A stretch of DNA of 64,000 nucleotides from a virus. Its lineage: Duplodnaviria > Caudoviricetes. Shown here one piece after another: positions 1-10,497 of this stretch. The translations under genes were made by a program, and so were the position numbers. The notes under the pieces are model-generated. The model was not told where the DNA came from. It was given only the letters and a program-made list of their open reading frames with translations, and did not search any database. How positions within the stretch are numbered: the stretch's first letter is position 1; each line of letters starts with the position of its first letter. The stretch is from IMG/VR virus record IMGVR_UViG_3300028048_003161, one strand, 5' to 3'.

Positions 1-213
1 TGTATAGGCACATGTAATACAGGATGTATGACAGGATGTAAGACAGGTTGTAAAGAGGCATGTGCAGGAACTTGTTTAGGTGGATGCACCGGTTCATGTA
101 AGATGACAGCCCAAAGTACAACACCTGGTGGAGGAAATGGTGGGACAGTTGTGCCTGGTGAACAACCTGGAAGCACTAACAGAGATAGAATACATACAGT
201 AATAGTAAATTAA
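1..213 (+). CDS. 3' end of a Cys-xxx repeat protein/peptide (probable radical-SAM modification target); runs off the left edge
   Basis: Frame 1 is open from base 1: CIGTCNTGCMTGCKTGCKEACAGTCLGGCTGSCK, 9 Cys at exact period 4; stop at 211-213. Confidence 0.7.
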   Translation, partial: CIGTCNTGCMTGCKTGCKEACAGTCLGGCTGSCKMTAQSTTPGGGNGGTVVPGEQPGSTNRDRIHTVIVN

Positions 214-229
214 ACAAAGTGTTTATAAG

Positions 230-266
230 TAGGACATGTCATATAAAAGGCATGTCCTATTTTTAT
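230..266 (+). terminator. Rho-independent terminator
   Basis: TAGGACATGTC-atataaaa-GGCATGTCCTA followed by TTTTT. Confidence 0.75.
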
Positions 267-322
267 GCATAGAAGTATAAAAAGAGAATTTTTATTTTTA
301 ATTAAAGTTGGGAGGAATAAGC

Positions 323-1662
323 ATGTCTGATGTAATTGAGCAGTTATATGGAGATAGGGTACCTGGTACAAATATAGTGTTTACACCTGAAAATGTTGTA
401 GAGGAAATGATGAGTAGACTTCCTGAAGATTTCTGGACACCTGACAAAAGAATATTGGACATATGCAGCAAGTCAGGTAGATTTCTGAAATATGCATTTA
501 ACAAATTATATAAATCACCTTATTTAAGTGAAATGACACCTAATGAGAGAAAGAGGCATATAATTGAAAATCAGTTGTTTGGACTGTCAAATGACTTTAC
601 ATGTCTAGTTTTGGCAGAAACAACACTATATGGTTTTGCACAGTATGGAAAAAGAAACATTAAGCTTGTATCAAATTTAGAGGCAGTAGTAAAAAGAGTA
701 GATAGACAGAGTGAACTTGGAAAGGAGACAGGTTTTGATATGCATTTCGACTTAGTAATTGGAAATCCCCCTTATAATAAGGGCATGGATATTGATTTCA
801 TAGATCTTGGCTATGAATTAAGTAAACAGTATACAGTGATGATAGTGCCTGCAAAGTGGCAAACAGCAGATGCAAATCAGAGGATCAGTAGTAAAATGAG
901 TTATGGACAGTTCAGAGAGAAGCTAGTCCCTCATATGAAATATGTATGTTTTTACCCTGACTGCTTAGACGTTTTTGGTATTCAAGAGCAGTCTGGGGTT
1001 AGCTGGTTTATTTTAGATAAGAGCAATACATATGAGGATAGTTGCACAGTAGAAAATAAGTGTAACTTACAGAAATATGCTAATGGCATTGAGAAAAGAG
1101 ATATAACTCACAGACAAACCTTATGGAACATAGGAAATAAAATAATTGAGCACTTAAATAGGGGGGGCAGTACAAATCATATGAGTTTAGTCCTATAGAA
1201 AATAGAAAAGCATACACACTTAACATGAATACACAAATGGCACTTGGTACATGTTCATCTGGTGCATGGGATTTCGACATGGGTGGAATAAAGAAAAGCT
1301 TTATAGGCAAAGGTGGAGTATTGTTTAATCAGAGTGGACAATTGAATCTAACAAATAAAGCACGCTTATTAAGAGGGGTTGAAAAGTCAGGCATAAGTGC
1401 ATCAAAAGATGTCTTTACTTCTGATGACATAGACGAGTGTAAATCTTTTTATACATGGATAAATAGCAAATTTACAAGGTTTTTTATACTGATCAACATT
1501 AGTTCATTAACAATTTTAAATGACAACACATTCAGGTTTGTCCCTTGTCCTCCTCATAATTCCTTTGATCACCTGTATACAGATAAGGAGCTGTATGATT
1601 GGTTTAACCTACCAGAGGAATATAGGGAAGTCATAGATAGTATCCTACGAGACCGTAAATAA
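323..1662 (+). pseudogene. N6-adenine DNA methyltransferase (Eco57I/type IIG-like MTase plus TRD), split by a frameshift at G7 (1161-1167)
   Basis: Motif I-like DICSKSGRF and motif IV IGNPPY. ORFs 308-1198 and 1225-1662 join in frame with G8 (~446 aa). Both halves align with the intact paralog at 30685. RBS GGAGG at 311. Confidence 0.85.
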
Positions 1663-1809
1663 TAAAATCACAAGCAGTATAATAAATTTAGTTTAACAGG
1701 TTGTAAAAAGAGAGATTCATAAATAAAAGAAGATACACAGATATGAAAATAAGATATAGCATTTGTATAAAATAATATACATTGAGTTATAGGTCTGATA
1801 TGCAATAGG

Positions 1810-1838
1810 TTGATTTTTATAGAAAAACATGGTATAAT
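1810..1838 (+). promoter_or_regulatory. sigma-A-type promoter
   Basis: TTGATT-17 bp-TATAAT with extended -10 TG, ~40 bp upstream of ORF 1880. Confidence 0.6.
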
Positions 1839-1879
1839 ATAAATAGAGATTGGAAGAGAGTTAAGCGAGGGACTCAAGA

Positions 1880-3280
1880 ATGAAAATAAGCAGTTCAGAA
1901 TTAGCAAGAGTACAAGGACAATTATGTGTAAGTGCATATAGATATTTAAGAGGACTTAACAGAGAAATAAGTGATAGTTCTGAGGATAAACTCTTAGATG
2001 ATTTCAATGATGCATATAGAGAATATGCTAAGGTCATGCATGATGAGTTTAATACATTAACTCCTGCAACAGCACCAGAGATTGCTAAAACAATCGTAGA
2101 AGAGTGTAATAGATGCAGCCTTGACTTGAGTGCATTCTGGGAAAGAAGGATAAGTGATGCAGTAAAAATCAAGTATGGAACATTCAAGAGAATAATACCT
2201 GACATAAGTAGATATGAGTTTACAGTGATTTGTGAAATTGATCATGTGGATTACGAGATCGGATGCATTGACATTTGGAGAAATAGTTGGAAATTCTATA
2301 ACATTGCAGATGAGGCAATGGAAGTTGATGACACAATTACAGTAATGATAGACGGAAGGGCACATGATATTTGTAAAGTACACTTTTTAAGTGTAAAAGA
2401 TCCTTTCTGTAAAAATAACATAGCAATGTATAACAGTTATTGCATAAAAGTTGAAAGTTACATTTACAATTATGATTATGCAATAGGCTTTAATAGTCAG
2501 GAGGCTTTAATTAGAGAAATACTTAAGGAAAATTACTTTACAAATAAAGTAGAGGAAAAGGCATATAAACATATACTTAGATTCGAAAGTTTATTTGGAA
2601 ATATATCAGAGGAACAGTTTTTGGACATTATGGATGTTAGAAAAGACTCTGAAAGAAAGAACCCTGTAAAATTTATTGATCATGAGATGAAATTTGTAAG
2701 TGACGTATGTGATAATGAAGTTGCAGAAGAGTGGTATGACCCTGGCAGTCAATGGGTTTATATAAACTTATGTGATGGAATATATGACGTATCCTTATTA
2801 AGTATATGCATGTTAAAGGATAAAGATGAGGCAGTAGAGAAGATCATGGAAATGGTCGATCTGCAGACCTTAAGCTTGATAGACAAGTATGGTATACGCT
2901 ACGAAACAATAGTTTATGATATTGGCAATAAGAATACTACAAATAGAATGTATACAGGCATTGATGATCATATCATACACGTATCAAATAAAGAGATTGA
3001 GCGTTGGTTAACACCTGATGAGCAAAGGATGTTTGATTATAGACATAAGTTAGGCGATGAGGCAATGTCACTAACTTGCATAAGTCTAGCAATGGCATAC
3101 TACAGAATGTGTAAATACTTTATGCAAGATGCAATTGCATATGCAGTTAATAATGAAGACATGGTTCAAAGAATGTGGGGAGTTAAGGGCAGAGTTCAAG
3201 ACTTCATTACTAAAGGGGTATGTGATGAAAAGACATTGAAGAAAATACTATATCGTAGAAGTTTAAACATTGATAAATAA
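1880..3280 (+). CDS. hypothetical protein (466 aa)
   Basis: Long ORF with promoter and typical codon usage; no motif recognised. Confidence 0.75.
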   Translation: MKISSSELARVQGQLCVSAYRYLRGLNREISDSSEDKLLDDFNDAYREYAKVMHDEFNTLTPATAPEIAKTIVEECNRCSLDLSAFWERRISDAVKIKYGTFKRIIPDISRYEFTVICEIDHVDYEIGCIDIWRNSWKFYNIADEAMEVDDTITVMIDGRAHDICKVHFLSVKDPFCKNNIAMYNSYCIKVESYIYNYDYAIGFNSQEALIREILKENYFTNKVEEKAYKHILRFESLFGNISEEQFLDIMDVRKDSERKNPVKFIDHEMKFVSDVCDNEVAEEWYDPGSQWVYINLCDGIYDVSLLSICMLKDKDEAVEKIMEMVDLQTLSLIDKYGIRYETIVYDIGNKNTTNRMYTGIDDHIIHVSNKEIERWLTPDEQRMFDYRHKLGDEAMSLTCISLAMAYYRMCKYFMQDAIAYAVNNEDMVQRMWGVKGRVQDFITKGVCDEKTLKKILYRRSLNIDK

Positions 3281-3499
3281 AGGAAAGCATGTGAAAATGG
3301 AAACAGATGATGAGACACTAGATAGGGTATTATATAGTCATATGTTTTATAATAATAAAAGATAAGACCAAAAGCGGACAAGTTGTTAATGTGGTGTAAG
3401 CAAAGGATATGAATAAGACATTGGCTATTTGAAAATATGCAAAGTTTATTTTAGTATAAAAAGCAGTGTTTGAACGAGAAATAAGCATAGGTAGAAAAA

Positions 3500-3545
3500 T
3501 GGTGTAGACACTGGGGGTCAAATCTGGTGTCTACATTATTTATTA
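3500..3545 (+). terminator. Rho-independent terminator
   Basis: TGTAGACACTGG...CTGGTGTCTACA followed by a T-rich tail. Confidence 0.55.
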
Positions 3546-4144
3546 TTAAAATGAATAAATGATAAATGAAAGGTTAAAATAAGGAGTGTAAAAAGCTAAT
3601 CACAAAATAGAAATTAGCATTGAAAAGTGGTATCTGCATGTGATTTCGACATTGAAAAATTTAGGCGCGACAGTGGGTGAAAATTTGATAGACAGTCCCT
3701 TGTATGCATTGGTTTTGAAAATCTTGAAAAATTAGAGGGGTTGAGAGACATTGTAAAAAGAGAGATGCAGTGAGGTATAAAGTTAGACATATAAAATGGG
3801 ATTGACATGTGGTTTATAGAAAGAATGACATAGACCAAGAGAGTCTAAACATATAGACACAAGTAAGCATATAAGAATAAAAATCGTGCAGATATAATGA
3901 CATATAAGACAATTAGAAATAAAAAGATTATTTTTTAATTAAAGAATAAATTCAGGTAAATAGGCATTGAGAAAATTGATATGCATTGGATTTATTGTTC
4001 AATTAAAATATAAACAAAACGAGGTACAAGTATAAAAGATTGGGTAATACATGAGTGTTTATCCTCAACTTGAATAAAACACAAATTAACATGACAAAAT
4101 GAATAGAATACTTAAAAATCAAGTCAGTTAAATTGGAATCACAT

Positions 4145-4285
4145 ACACTGGGAGGAAACAGGGGCAGTCATAGGGGAGGAAACAGTGGACATTGGGGGAT
4201 ATAGGGGAAGTCATGGAGGATAAAAGGGAGAGTCCTTGGATGATAAAAGAGGTTCATTAGGGAATAAGGGACTTGTCATAGCAGT
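4145..4285. repeat. G-rich degenerate ~21-bp periodic array
   Basis: GTCAT/GACAT/GTCCT/TTCAT cores at about 4168, 4188, 4210, 4232, 4253, 4275, separated by purine runs; GGGAGGAAACAG occurs twice. Confidence 0.5.
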
Positions 4286-4331
4286 AAAAGTGGATTAGCA
4301 TAACAAACTAAAAGGAGGTACTTATATTAAA

Positions 4332-5192
4332 ATGTTAGTAACATGTATAAATAGAGAGCGCAACAGTAGTGGACAAATATTATACTATGATATAATGGAT
4401 GAAAGCAATAATAAAATTAGGTTAACATCTGAACAACTGAAGAGTGCAATTAGGAATAAAAAGTTCATCTGTACAAATTTAACATTAACAAAGAATAATA
4501 GGCTAATGCTTACTAAAACAAAAGCAATTGCATATGAAAATAGTGAAAATAGACACCTAGCAAATAATTTGTCACAGTTGGATTTAAGCAAGCTAACACT
4601 AGATGAAATAAAAGCACACATGGAAAGAGTAATGCAGGCATATATAAAAGTAATGTTTAGGTCAAATAATCAGTTAACTTGTTGTGTAGGGCATTTACCT
4701 TTAATAATGGATAGGCTTGAGGATGGTGGTGTAGGGTTTGACATACCCTTACCTCTAAAAGATATAGACAATAAATACTTGAAGGGCTTTGACAGAGATG
4801 GGGAGTTCATCTATATGGAAATAAGTCCTGCACAGCCTAATTTGCTATATAACATATGTGACTTATATAGGCATTATTCACTCAAGACTACAGTGATACC
4901 TAATTATGATACAGTATTTGACTTACTAGGTAAAGCACTAGGAAAAGCTTGGGGCAGTAGTTTCGTAATAGATGAGCTGTGGTCACAAGATGCTGGACAA
5001 TATTGTTTAGTTTATAACATAGATGCTAAAAATGCAGTAGCATCACTAAAAAGTACCTTGCATGGATATGAGTGCATTATTGAGAAAGATAGTCATAGTA
5101 AAAGTGTAAGGATAGACACACTTACAAAAAATATATCACAGCAGAAAAATGTGTATACATTATTATATTGTTTAGCACAGCAGATAAAGTGA
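4332..5192 (+). CDS. orphan family A member 1 (shared N-terminal module plus CCxGH domain)
   Basis: RBS AGGAGG; shares TC..R..G.I.YY...D...T..LK...C.NL.LT...RL, CCVGHLP, PLP and HGYE with 6024 and 6966/7189. Confidence 0.8.
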   Translation: MLVTCINRERNSSGQILYYDIMDESNNKIRLTSEQLKSAIRNKKFICTNLTLTKNNRLMLTKTKAIAYENSENRHLANNLSQLDLSKLTLDEIKAHMERVMQAYIKVMFRSNNQLTCCVGHLPLIMDRLEDGGVGFDIPLPLKDIDNKYLKGFDRDGEFIYMEISPAQPNLLYNICDLYRHYSLKTTVIPNYDTVFDLLGKALGKAWGSSFVIDELWSQDAGQYCLVYNIDAKNAVASLKSTLHGYECIIEKDSHSKSVRIDTLTKNISQQKNVYTLLYCLAQQIK

Positions 5193-5204
5193 ATGCAGTG
5201 GAGG

Positions 5205-5935
5205 ATAAGTAGGAGATGCATAGGAGTAAAAAGGGAGACACAGTGGTACTTAAGAACAGTTGCATAGGAGTAAAAAGAAAGTTGCATCACTAAACAAGTG
5301 GTTTAATCATATACAATAAAGCAGATGCATAGGAGTAAAATGGTGGATTCCTAGCAAATACTAAATAGGTGCACTGGTATAAAAGGGTTGATGTACCACT
5401 ATTGAAGGATAGTTGCATAGCAATAAAGTGGGTGATGCATAGCAAATAAAAAGCTGATACATAGTTGAATGATAAGTTTAACTCCTCTATTAAAACAGAT
5501 GCACTAGTGGAAAAAGCTGATGCATCACAGAGTAAAAATTGAGACATAGGTGAAAAAGAGCAGATGCATCACTTTGTTAGTTGTTTAGCTTTACTATTAA
5601 GGGTTGATGCAATACAGAGTAAAAATGCTAGCATAGGAGGATATGGGTTGATGCATAGCAAAACCAAAATAGATGCATTACTAAAATAAAGCTAATGCAT
5701 CGCTAACAGATGGTTTAGCATAGGAGGATATGGGATAATAAACATATGTACATTGGAAGATAGGTGCTAATACATAGCTAACTTAAAATTGATGCATAGC
5801 AACTTTAAAATTGATGCATAGCAACTTTAAAATTGATGCATAGCAACTTTAAAATTGATGCATAGCAACTTTAAAATTGATGCATAGCAACTTTAAAATT
5901 GATGCATAGCAAGCTTAAAACTTGTGCATTACAAT
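5205..5935. repeat. GATGCA-core array I, ~22-bp period, ending in 6 near-perfect copies of AAAATTGATGCATAGCAACTTT
   Basis: GATGCATAGC at 5791, 5813, 5835, 5857, 5879, 5901; degenerate cores at 21-22 bp spacing back to ~5215. Confidence 0.9.
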
Positions 5936-6023
5936 AAAATTGGTTTAACTCTTATAACTTAAGGTTAAGCATAGAAACAAAAACTTATAAACATAGCAAA
6001 TTGGGAAAGGCAAGGTACAAACT

Positions 6024-6944
6024 ATGAGATTAACATGTACAAATAAGTTTAGAAACATGAATGGTAAAATCATGTACTATGAAGTTAAGGATGAGCATAA
6101 CAGTTATTACACAGTGACACCTCAAGATTTAAAGAATAAATTGAGACAGCCTGGAGTTACATGTACAAATTTGAAACTTACATCAAATGGTAGGTTAATA
6201 AGCAGTGGTTCAAGTAATATGTTTAGCAAGTTGAATCTTGAGGAGCATGTATCTGGAGATGCTCTTGCAATAGCATTAACTAAGGCTTTGAGGCAGAATA
6301 TAAAAATTCCTTCTAATGGATACGTTGATCACTGTTGTTTTGGTCATTTGTTAATGATAGCTGACTGGGATGATCCTGTTGACAGATATGATGAATATGG
6401 GGATATGTACACCGTAACAATAGATATGCCATTACCTACAAATGAGATAGACCCTAATTTGTTAAGGAATTACACAATTAAAAATGGAATGGTACAGTCA
6501 ATGTACAATAATAACAATAAGGAAATGTTAGCTGACTTGTGTGCAATTTATAATACATATGCACTAAAGAGTACAGACATTATAGGGTATAGTACAATGA
6601 GTGTATTATTAGAAAAGGCACTAGTAAAGTCAGTAGAGGGTTTAAAGTATAAGAGTAATGGCAGAATGTGGGAAATGGAAGCATATGGAGGAGGACCTTG
6701 TGGTGCAGCAGCTCTGGGAGGTTGGACCTGTGATACTTGGGAGGCAGGCGATCTGTTAATAAAGCTGATGAGTCATGTTTGGGGATATGAGATAGTAGTA
6801 GAGGATGAAGATCATCCTGGAAGGTTTAGACAGACAATGCAGATAAAAAGAGGTACATTGGATAAGAAAAAAGTGACAATTGAAATGTATAACTTCTTTA
6901 GAAGGACAATATCAAATTATGTAAGAATGACAAATAACGACTAA
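6024..6944 (+). CDS. orphan family A member 2
   Basis: Same N-terminal module; CCFGHL, MPLP and SHVWGYE motifs. Confidence 0.8.
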   Translation: MRLTCTNKFRNMNGKIMYYEVKDEHNSYYTVTPQDLKNKLRQPGVTCTNLKLTSNGRLISSGSSNMFSKLNLEEHVSGDALAIALTKALRQNIKIPSNGYVDHCCFGHLLMIADWDDPVDRYDEYGDMYTVTIDMPLPTNEIDPNLLRNYTIKNGMVQSMYNNNNKEMLADLCAIYNTYALKSTDIIGYSTMSVLLEKALVKSVEGLKYKSNGRMWEMEAYGGGPCGAAALGGWTCDTWEAGDLLIKLMSHVWGYEIVVEDEDHPGRFRQTMQIKRGTLDKKKVTIEMYNFFRRTISNYVRMTNND

Positions 6945-6965
6945 AGTAGTTGGAGGACAGCATAA

Positions 6966-7884
6966 ATGATGAAAACAACCTGCATTGAAAAACAAAGATA
7001 TAAAGGTGGAAAGATTGTCAAATACATCATTAAAGACCTTAAGTCAGGTCAATATTTTGAGTTTACACCTGCTGAATTAAAGAGTGTCATTAGTTCAGGA
7101 AATATGGAATGTGATAACCTAATGTTGACAAAAGACAATAGACTTATGGATAAGAAAAAAACCACATCAATGTAAAGCAGAAGATGCAATGTGGGATACA
7201 TTTAATAAAATAGGCATTACTGATATGAGCATTGCAAAATTAAGAAAGTACTTACAGAGTAGACTTGGACTTCCTATGAAGCCTTTGAAAACGAAGGTGA
7301 GTGGTGAATATTGTTGTGTGGGTCATTTACCTATGTACATTGAGATTCTCAATGATCAATATGATGGAGTTTATTTTGAGTGTCCTTTACCTGTAGTTGA
7401 GATCAGTAACAAATATTTAGAAGGCTTCATATATAATGCTAAGTCATGTAATTTTATAGTTTATGGGGAGGACTTAGAACAAATAGACAAGGTTTTGGCA
7501 ATATACAAGCAGTATGCATTAGGTGATAAGGTAATTGCAGGCTTTGATGAAATAGTGAGTATTGCATCAAAGGCAGGAAAGTACATATCAAATCACTATG
7601 GGATTGGCATGAGTTGTAACATAGAAAATTGTGATGGACAGTTAGCATGTAAAGTAATGGTTGGTTTAGAGGAGGATTTTCCTGCATACTTAATCATTAA
7701 GAGTCATACATGGGGATATGAGATGAATGTACATTATAAACCACTCAATGGCAATGAAGAAATCAGAGAGACAGTTAAAATTAAGGGGAAAGATAACAGA
7801 GACATTAAGGAGGACCGAATGGACATTTATAGAAAGATGGTAAGAATGTTGGAAAGAGCAGTAGTAGAGCAGTGGACAGCATAA
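6966..7884 (+). pseudogene. orphan family A member 3, split at A7 (7155-7161)
   Basis: 6966-7175 is the N-terminal module and 7189-7884 has CCVGHLP and SHTWGYE. Removing one A gives a ~305-aa ORF, matching the 306-aa paralog. Confidence 0.75.
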
Positions 7885-7980
7885 GGGTTGCAGCAGGGTT
7901 GCAATGTGTTTAGTGCGACTAGCAGCCCTGTATAAAGTTAATCACTAAAAAAATAATTAAGCAAGCGGGAGGAATTAAGA

Positions 7981-9551
7981 ATGCTAGCAACTCATAGAGT
8001 GAGAGACAATAATAAAACAATTGGGTTTATAGTGAATGGAGTGTTTGCATCAAATATAACCATTAGACAGAATATAGGGCTGATTGACAATTTAAAAATC
8101 ACTAAGAATGGAGTAATCAAGGCAAAAAGAGATTACCCGAAGTTACTTATAGGGACAGTGTAATAAGGAGTCTGTACAATAAACTAATGAAGAATAATCC
8201 TTTTGTAAGAGATATTCAAAAGGACTTAACGCGCTGGAAACAAGACCCTGAGCATGGAATTTTACAGTTAGAGGGAGCAAGACAAATAGGCAAAACAACA
8301 GAAATATTGAAATTTGCATACAGAAATTATAAGTATGTTATCTATGTAAATTTAGCTAGTGACATGTATAAGTTTCAAAAAGCATGCGAGCAGGACATTA
8401 ATTACTTTACAATGCTTGACTATACAGAAAGAGCACATTTACCAGGGTATGTTGACAATAGGGATACAATACTAATTATTGATGAGATTCAAGAGAATAT
8501 GGAAATGTATAACAACATTAGAACATTTGCAAATAATCTAAATTGTGAAATCGTAGTAACAGGAAGTTACTTGGGCAGATTGTTAGCTGGGCTAAAGAAA
8601 CCAGATGAGGACACAGATAAAAAGGCATTTATACCTACTGGAATAGACCTATTAAATATGTATCCTTTATCATTTGCAGAGTTTTGCAGAGTTTTTAATG
8701 CAGAGGACACATTAATGAGCATAAGTTTATATGGAGAGTCATCTGACAGGAAATATAAGAAACTTGATAAGCTGTATGATATATACAGACAAATAGGGGG
8801 TTATCCAGCAGTTATAAAAGAATATATTAAGACACAGGATATAAGTGCATGTCATATGAGAATTGGAAACTTACTTGAATTATTCAAGGCAGAGTCTAGA
8901 GAATATTTTCATGATGAGGTGGAGATAGAAATATTTGACATGGTATATGATTATACACTTTATGAAATGTGTTCAAATCATGCTGGAACAGCTAAGAGGA
9001 CCATAAAAGATGTGACAAGAATAGTAGAAGATAAAACAAAAGGCATGACATCAACTAGGGAGTTGAGAAATGCAATCACTTGGCTAAGGTATTCGGGTAT
9101 ATTGGGTACTTGTATATTGGCAGAAAATGGAGAGACATCATTCTCTACAGTAAAAAAGTTTTACTTTTTTGATTGTGGCGTTACATCTTATTTGGCTAAG
9201 AGAGCAAATATAGATGCTAGCAGTCTAGATGGAATAATTACAGAGACATTTGCATTTGATGAGTTGATAAGATTATACAGTAAAAATACAAAAGATCCAA
9301 AAGTTAGACCTTATTTGTACTATGGTAGACTTGGTAATTACGAATTAGACTTTTTGGTTTGCAGTACAGACAATAAGAAGTATGGAATAGAAATTAAAAC
9401 TAATACAGGAGATCCTAAATCTCTAAAGCAGTTTTTGAATAAAAGGCTTGTAGATAAGGGGATAGTTGCAAAAAGAACAAAGGGTGGGCACTCTGAAAAA
9501 TTGGATACAATACCAATATACACAGTTGGTTGCAGATTTCCTTATAAATAA
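7981..9551 (+). CDS. AAA ATPase (AAA_14-like) plus DUF4143-like PD-(D/E)xK domain; upstream leader ORF 7981-8163 separated by a frameshift at A5 (8124-8128)
   Basis: Walker A GARQIGKTT, Walker B LIIDEIQ, VTGS, GGYP, C-terminal ELDF...IEIK. Adding one A reads AKKRLPEVTYRDSVIRSLYNKLMKNN into ORF 8187. Confidence 0.8.
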
Positions 9552-9576
9552 CAAATAAGTAGGAGGATTTGATAAT

Positions 9577-9913
9577 ATGTCATCATACAAAGTAGTAACA
9601 GCTCAGGGAAAAGTTGAGGTAGTTGAAGCAAATTCACCTTTAGCAGCAGTGGAAAAAATATACTAGCACTGTATTAGATTTAAGCATAAAAGCAATAAGA
9701 CTAACAACAGAAGAAGCAATGAACAGTGGTTGGCAGTTTAGAGCAGAGCTATTAGAGAATGGGGCTAAGGCTAAAAAGAGTTATTACAGAGTAGAGGATA
9801 GAGAGGAATATGAAATTAGCATAAACAATTTTTTTTACCGGACAAGATCGGAAATGAATAAAAATTATATAAATATGTATAATATACAGTTTCAAGTCAG
9901 AACTATACATTAA
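9577..9913 (+). pseudogene. small hypothetical gene split at A6 (9653-9658)
   Basis: AGGAGG RBS plus ATG 9577 (MSSYKVVTAQGKVEVVEANSPLAAVEK); removing one A joins it to ORF 9719. Confidence 0.55.
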
Positions 9914-10212
9914 GAACACTTTTCTGAAAAGGGAGTAAATTAGCAACAGGCAGACATTAACACCCTACACTATTGTGATTATTTGATTCTACATTACAAT
10001 TAGATTCTGATATAAGAATATAGCACTCAATGTTGATTGTGTTTTAAAATTTAGAAATCTACATTAAAAATTGGTATTTTGACATAAAAATAAAAGTCAT
10101 TATACATGAAATGTGATTTTCAAGTAATACATTAAGTGTTAAATGTGAGATTCAAATACACATAGATAAATTAGATAAGCGTTAGATAAAAATTAAATAA
10201 CATGAGTAAATT

Positions 10213-10275
10213 ATGAGTGCAGTATAAGGTTATTGTTTAGACACAACAATAATTCTATATTGCACTTATTTTATT
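10213..10275 (+). terminator. long hairpin/terminator
   Basis: GAGTGCAGTATA...TTATTGTT...AACAATAA...TATATTGCACTT followed by ATTTT. Confidence 0.5.
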
Positions 10276-10318
10276 ATGTAATACATTAGTAACTGCATTG
10301 AGATTGTGATATTTGTCC

Positions 10319-10347
10319 TTGACAAATGATGGAAAATGTGCTATAAT
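10319..10347 (+). promoter_or_regulatory. consensus sigma-A promoter upstream of the family B cluster
   Basis: TTGACA-17 bp-TATAAT with TGn extension. Confidence 0.85.
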
Positions 10348-10497
10348 GATAATAGAAATTTTAGAGAAGTTTTATGGGCTATATGAAAACTAGTTATCAA
10401 TTATGCTTAGCATGAAATAAAAATAACTAGACACCTAGCAGTTATAGTATCATTAAAAATAGTAGTTTGCATTGATTAAATTAACATAGTCATTACT

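Noticed and set aside
5205-5935. CRISPR array interpretation of the 22-bp repeats (also arrays II and III)
   Set aside because: No unique 30-40 bp spacers between conserved repeats; units are contiguous and degenerate; no cas genes in the window.
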